Position numbers and translations under genes: made by a program. Below are positions 6,652 to 10,537 of a DNA stretch of 10,537 bases, piece by piece; positions within the stretch are counted from its first letter, which is position 1, and each line of letters opens with the position of its first letter. Source of the DNA: Azolla caroliniana (Eukaryota > Plantae > Polypodiophyta); the NCBI GenBank assembly GCA_043228905.1, contig JBHGNT010001268.1:1-10537 (forward strand), written 5' to 3'. A model generated the notes under the pieces. That model ran no database searches and was not told the DNA's origin. It was given only the letters and a program-made list of their open reading frames with translations.

Positions 6652-9573
6652 GTAAAAGCGTCGCAACTTGAAGAGGTGAACCTAGGGATCACGGACGAAG
6701 CAAAACCGGTGCACATCGCCAAGGAGATGAAGTTCGAAGACAAAATGGCGATGATCACACTTCTCACGGAATTTCGCGACGTGTTCGCCTGGTCATATGA
6801 AGACATGCGAGGACTCGACCCTCAGTTATACCAGCATCAGATTCACTTGAGCAAGGACGCAAAACCAGTGGCACAGAGACGGTACCAGATGAATCCCAAT
6901 TATGCCGCCAAAGTCAAGGAGGAAATCGACAAACTGCTAAGAGTGGGCTTTATCCGTCCGGTAAAGAAAGCGACATGGCTGAGCCTGATCGTAGTCGTAC
7001 CGAAGAAGAATGGAAAAATTCGAGTTTGTGTGGACTACCGGAAACTCAATGCGGCTACGGTAACAGATGCGTTTCCACTTCCGTTCACAGATGGAGTGTT
7101 GGATGCCGTCGCTGGCCATGAGGTCTATAGTTTTCTAGACGGATTCAGCGGGTATAATCAGATCCGGATGCATCCCGACGACCAAGAGAAAACGGCTTTC
7201 ATCACCGAATGGGGGGTGTTTGTGGCCGTGGTGATGATGTTCGGACTCAAAACGGCACCGGCAACATTTCAACGAATCATCATGGAAATCTTTGGTGAAT
7301 ATATCCCAACTTTTATGTAGGTTTTCCTTGACGATTTCGCCGTCTATAGCCAGGAGGAGGACCATTTTCAGCACCTCCGTCTTTGTCTAGAAAAGTGTAG
7401 AGCATACCGGCTAAGCTTGAATCCGGCAAAGTGTGTATTTGGCATGTCCAGTGGAACCTTATTAGGACATATTGTGAGCCAGGAAGGTATTGCAGTCGAC
7501 CCAGACAAAGTGAAAGCCATATTAGAAGCACCGGCGCCGGCAACGGCAAAGGCATTGAGCCGGTTCTTAGGACAGATCCAGTGGCACAGCTAGATGCTCC
7601 GATACTTGGCCGACCTGGCTACATCGTTGCATGCCGCCGTACATCGGACACCATTCCAGTTGACCGACACTGAGGATAGGGCGTATAGGGCCCTCAAGGT
7701 ACTATTGTCGCAAGCACCGGTAGTGCATCCCCCGGATTGGAGTAAAGAATTTCATGTGTTCGTGGACGCCTCTGACATCGCAATCGGAAGCGTACTGATG
7801 TAGCTTACGGAGCCAAAGTGGTACTGGCCAGTGTACTATGCCAGCTGAAAGCTATCCCAAGCGGAACGGAACTACTCTACCACGGAACGGGAAGCTCTAG
7901 GGATGATTTACATCATGACAAAGTTTCGGCATTATTTATTGGGAAGGAAGTTTTCCTTCCATGTAGATCATTCGACACTCCTCTACCTGGTGTCCAAGGC
8001 GTCACTCACCGGTAAGTTGGCTCGGTGGACCTTACTGTTACAGGAATTCGAGTTCGAAATATTCCACCGACCCGGTATACAGCACGCCGTAGCGGATTAT
8101 TTAAGCCGATTAGAGTCCGGAGAGACGGGTTACGGAGTAGCGGACGAGTTTCCGGATGCAGAGCTGTTTCGAGTCACTACGGAAACCGCAGCAGATGAAT
8201 CGGTGGCACAGGAAGACAAGTGGTTCACAAACATGCACCAGTTTCTGAGCACAGGACTGCCTCCGGAGGAGATGAACCGGGACGAAAGGAAACACCTGGC
8301 TGTGCAAAGCCGACATTTCTGCTTACTGCGAGATACACTTTACCACAAGGGTGCGGACGGCATATGGAGACGGGCGGTGCGCAGCGATGAAAAGGACCTC
8401 ATACTGAGGGAAGCCCACTTCGGAGTTGCCAGAGGTCACTATGCCGGAGATGCGACGACCAGGAAAATATGGCAAAGTGGCCTATGGTGGCCAACTACAT
8501 TAAGAGATGCTGTACGGTATGCAAAAGAATGTGACCTATGCCAGCGAATGGGTCAGCCAACGGAGCAGGCTCGGATGCCACACCAACCTGTACTACCACT
8601 CGAACCATTCCAGAAGTGGGGGCTGGACTTTGTTGGACCGTTCAAACCACTGGCAATGAGAACAGGTAATCGGTACGTCATCGTGGCGACGGATTACTGC
8701 ACGAAATGGGTGGAGGCCAAAGCCTTAAGAGACAACACCGCTGCGTCAACGACAAAATTTCTATACGAATACATCTGGTGCCGTTACGGATGCCCAATCG
8801 AATTAATAAGCGACCAAGGGGGGCACTTTCTCGGCCAAGTAGTTGAAAGCCTGACGACATTCTATGCCGTTGTCCATAAACGGAGCACACCATACTATCC
8901 GCAAGCAAATGGGTTAGCTGAATCGACGAACAAAACGCTCCAGAATATCCTCCGGAAGATCGTCAACGAAAACCGAACGGATTGGGATACCAAGCTACAT
9001 AGCGCACTTTGGGCATACCGGACGTCATATAAAACGAGCATCCGAACAACACCGTTCCGGTTAGCGTTCGGACTAGAGGCGGTAATGCCGGTGGAATTCC
9101 AAGTACCCAACATACGGATCCAGCTACGGGAATGGCTGAACGAGAAGGAGTCAGAGGCAATACGGTTAACAGCGCTGTGTGAACTCGAGGAACAACGATT
9201 GGCAAGCATCCTGCACTTAGAATTGGAACAACGGCGACGAAAAGCATTTGTCGACCGGCACAGGAAAGGAAATGAAAAAATGTTCGCAATCGGCAAGCCG
9301 GTGTTAGTATTTCAGACCCGGATGGGCAGGATGCTGGGAAAACTACGGTTTAGATGGACTGACCCGTATTGGCTGACACGTGAGTATAATGGGTCCTACC
9401 AGTTAGGGACACTTGCCGGGGAAGTGCTAGGCAAATGGGTCAACGGATTCCGATTGAAGACATATAGTGGACCGATGCCTAAGAACCCATTTGAGCAAAG
9501 GACCGACACATGTGAGGAAACGACAACCTGTGAGACGCCAACCACCAAGACGGAGGAGACGGCAAGCCGGTAA
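6652..9573 (+). pseudogene. pol: pol part 2: reverse transcriptase, RNase H, integrase (single frame, 4 premature stops)
   Basis: RT: RVCVDYRKLN, LDGFSGYNQI, MMFGLKTAPATFQR, VFLDDF (7321-7338). RNase H: FVDASD, TERE, VDH, ADYLSR. Integrase: EAH..GH, CDLC, WGLDF, ISDQG, NGLAE and a GPY/F-like RWTDPY. Stops at 7318, 7591, 7801 and 7846. The span 7903-9573 is still open. Confidence 0.96.
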
Positions 9574-9659
9574 CAGGGGAGAATGAGGCGACGGCAAACC
9601 GTAATGAGGCCGGTAAGGGTTCGATAGGACCAACGGAAAACTAACCTCACACCACATTT

Positions 9660-9690
9660 AAAAAAAGAAAAAGAAAAAAGAAAAAAAAAG
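9660..9690 (+). repeat. A-rich purine tract after pol
   Basis: 31 nt made up only of A runs and single G residues. No TG-started copy of the LTR follows, so it is not the terminal PPT. Confidence 0.75.
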
Positions 9691-10019
9691 CGAGGTAATC
9701 ATGCAAAAGCGAGGTATGAGAGAGAGCGAGGAGCGAAAAGGTATGTAGTGGGCATTTAAGCGCCACCACAGGACATAATGCTATTTTAGTACACGACGTG
9801 CACACACTTGAAAAAGGCGCCAGAATGCACAGAGAAAAACCACTACACGTGGAGACCCTCTACTTTCGCGAACCCAGGAGCACAGAAGCACCAAGGCGCT
9901 GGAAGATCATCAGACGAGAACCTATGCACAGAGAACCCCCGCTTTTTGAACTCTCTCTCTCTCAATCTCACTCTCATCACCATCCAACCTCGCCACCACA
10001 ATCCGACCTCGACACATAC

Positions 10020-10537
10020 ATGGACCCGCAAACGCTGTCGAAAGCCGCCAAGAAATGGCTAAAGCAACACGGGCTCGAGGGCTTCTTGACGATTATGGAG
10101 GTACCGCCACACAAAGAAGTCGACAAGGTTATCAAAGAAATCGACACAAAGGTCATAACGGGGGAGGCGATCCGTGCGTTAACAGGCCTTCCGGAGGGAG
10201 GCATACTCACGATTGACAATCCGACCTCGGAGCAACTCATCAAGTATTTTGGTGAGTACTCCCTAGCCAGCAAGGGCTACCGGACACAGGGCGGCGGAGA
10301 TATGCTGTTCCGCAAGATTGCTCGTGTGCTCCACGAATACGGCCATGTGTACCCTAGACCCCCTGTCATGCCGCAGAACCGGGCAGGGATGATCATCGCC
10401 ACCTATGAAGGGATCAATGTGGATTGGCCGGTATTGATCGCAGACGGTTTGTGTGCGGCGATTGAGATCGTCAGAGGCAAAGACGACAAAGAAGGCCGAG
10501 ACGGACGAAGGATATGGCACGCAGTAACGCTGTCGTG
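10020..10537 (+). CDS. Additional 3' ORF of the gypsy element, unknown function (open at the window end; possibly interrupted at 10531)
   Basis: About 172 stop-free codons from ATG 10020: MDPQTLSKAAKKWLKQHGLEGFL...VITGEAIRALTGLPEGG...YEGINVDWPVLIADGL...RRIWHAVT. A CT-rich leader (9951-9978) precedes it. The track probably omits it because it has no stop in the window. Confidence 0.75.
   Translation, partial: MDPQTLSKAAKKWLKQHGLEGFLTIMEVPPHKEVDKVIKEIDTKVITGEAIRALTGLPEGGILTIDNPTSEQLIKYFGEYSLASKGYRTQGGGDMLFRKIARVLHEYGHVYPRPPVMPQNRAGMIIATYEGINVDWPVLIADGLCAAIEIVRGKDDKEGRDGRRIWHAVTLS

Larger units (their letters stand above)
2537..10537 (+). mobile_element. Ty3/gypsy non-chromovirus (Athila-like) LTR retrotransposon; 3' end lies outside the window
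   Basis: LTR, PBS, gag, then PR-RT-RH-INT order. No chromodomain and no additional RNase H is visible. An extra ORF follows pol. There is an abrupt GC rise at 2537. The lineage label is inferred from the spaced PBS, the MTRS gag start, the FLDD RT motif and the 3' extra ORF. Confidence 0.93.

Noticed and set aside
9480-9573. Chromodomain at the integrase C-terminus
   Set aside because: The tail is a short T/E-rich low-complexity stretch with no aromatic-cage motif.
9660-9690. Terminal PPT or LINE/SINE poly(A) tail
   Set aside because: It is not followed by the LTR start TGTTACC, and no TSD or non-LTR body is visible upstream.
2998-10520. The many short antisense and alternate-frame ORFs overlapping gag, pol and the extra ORF
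   Set aside because: They are shadows of GC-rich coding sequence with no recognisable domains.

Overview
This is a eukaryotic, plant-type nest of degraded LTR retrotransposons with no host gene. (1) An AT-rich, decayed Ty1/copia pol (pre-integrase, integrase, RT; 1-2536, +) is interrupted by a minus-strand LTR remnant (102-662). It is cut at the RT motif QAPRA|W by (2) a GC-richer non-chromovirus (Athila-like) Ty3/gypsy element. That element comprises a 5' LTR (2537-~2969), a tRNA-Arg-type PBS, gag with three CCHC knuckles, PR-RT-RH-INT ending at 9573, and an extra sense ORF from 10020 that the ORF track misses. (3) The gypsy pol is split by a 792-bp minus-strand solo LTR (5856-6647, GCGC target duplication), and a second copy may begin at the last 7 nt. 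The most notable observation is that both inserted LTRs, which show no visible similarity to each other, carry a tRNA-like Pol III A-box/B-box cassette near the U3 end, antisense to the LTR. Also notable are the extra ORF after pol and a stop-codon spectrum (10 TAG, 2 TGA, 0 TAA) pointing to CHG/CG methylation-driven decay. All calls come from reading the sequence by eye; no searches were run.
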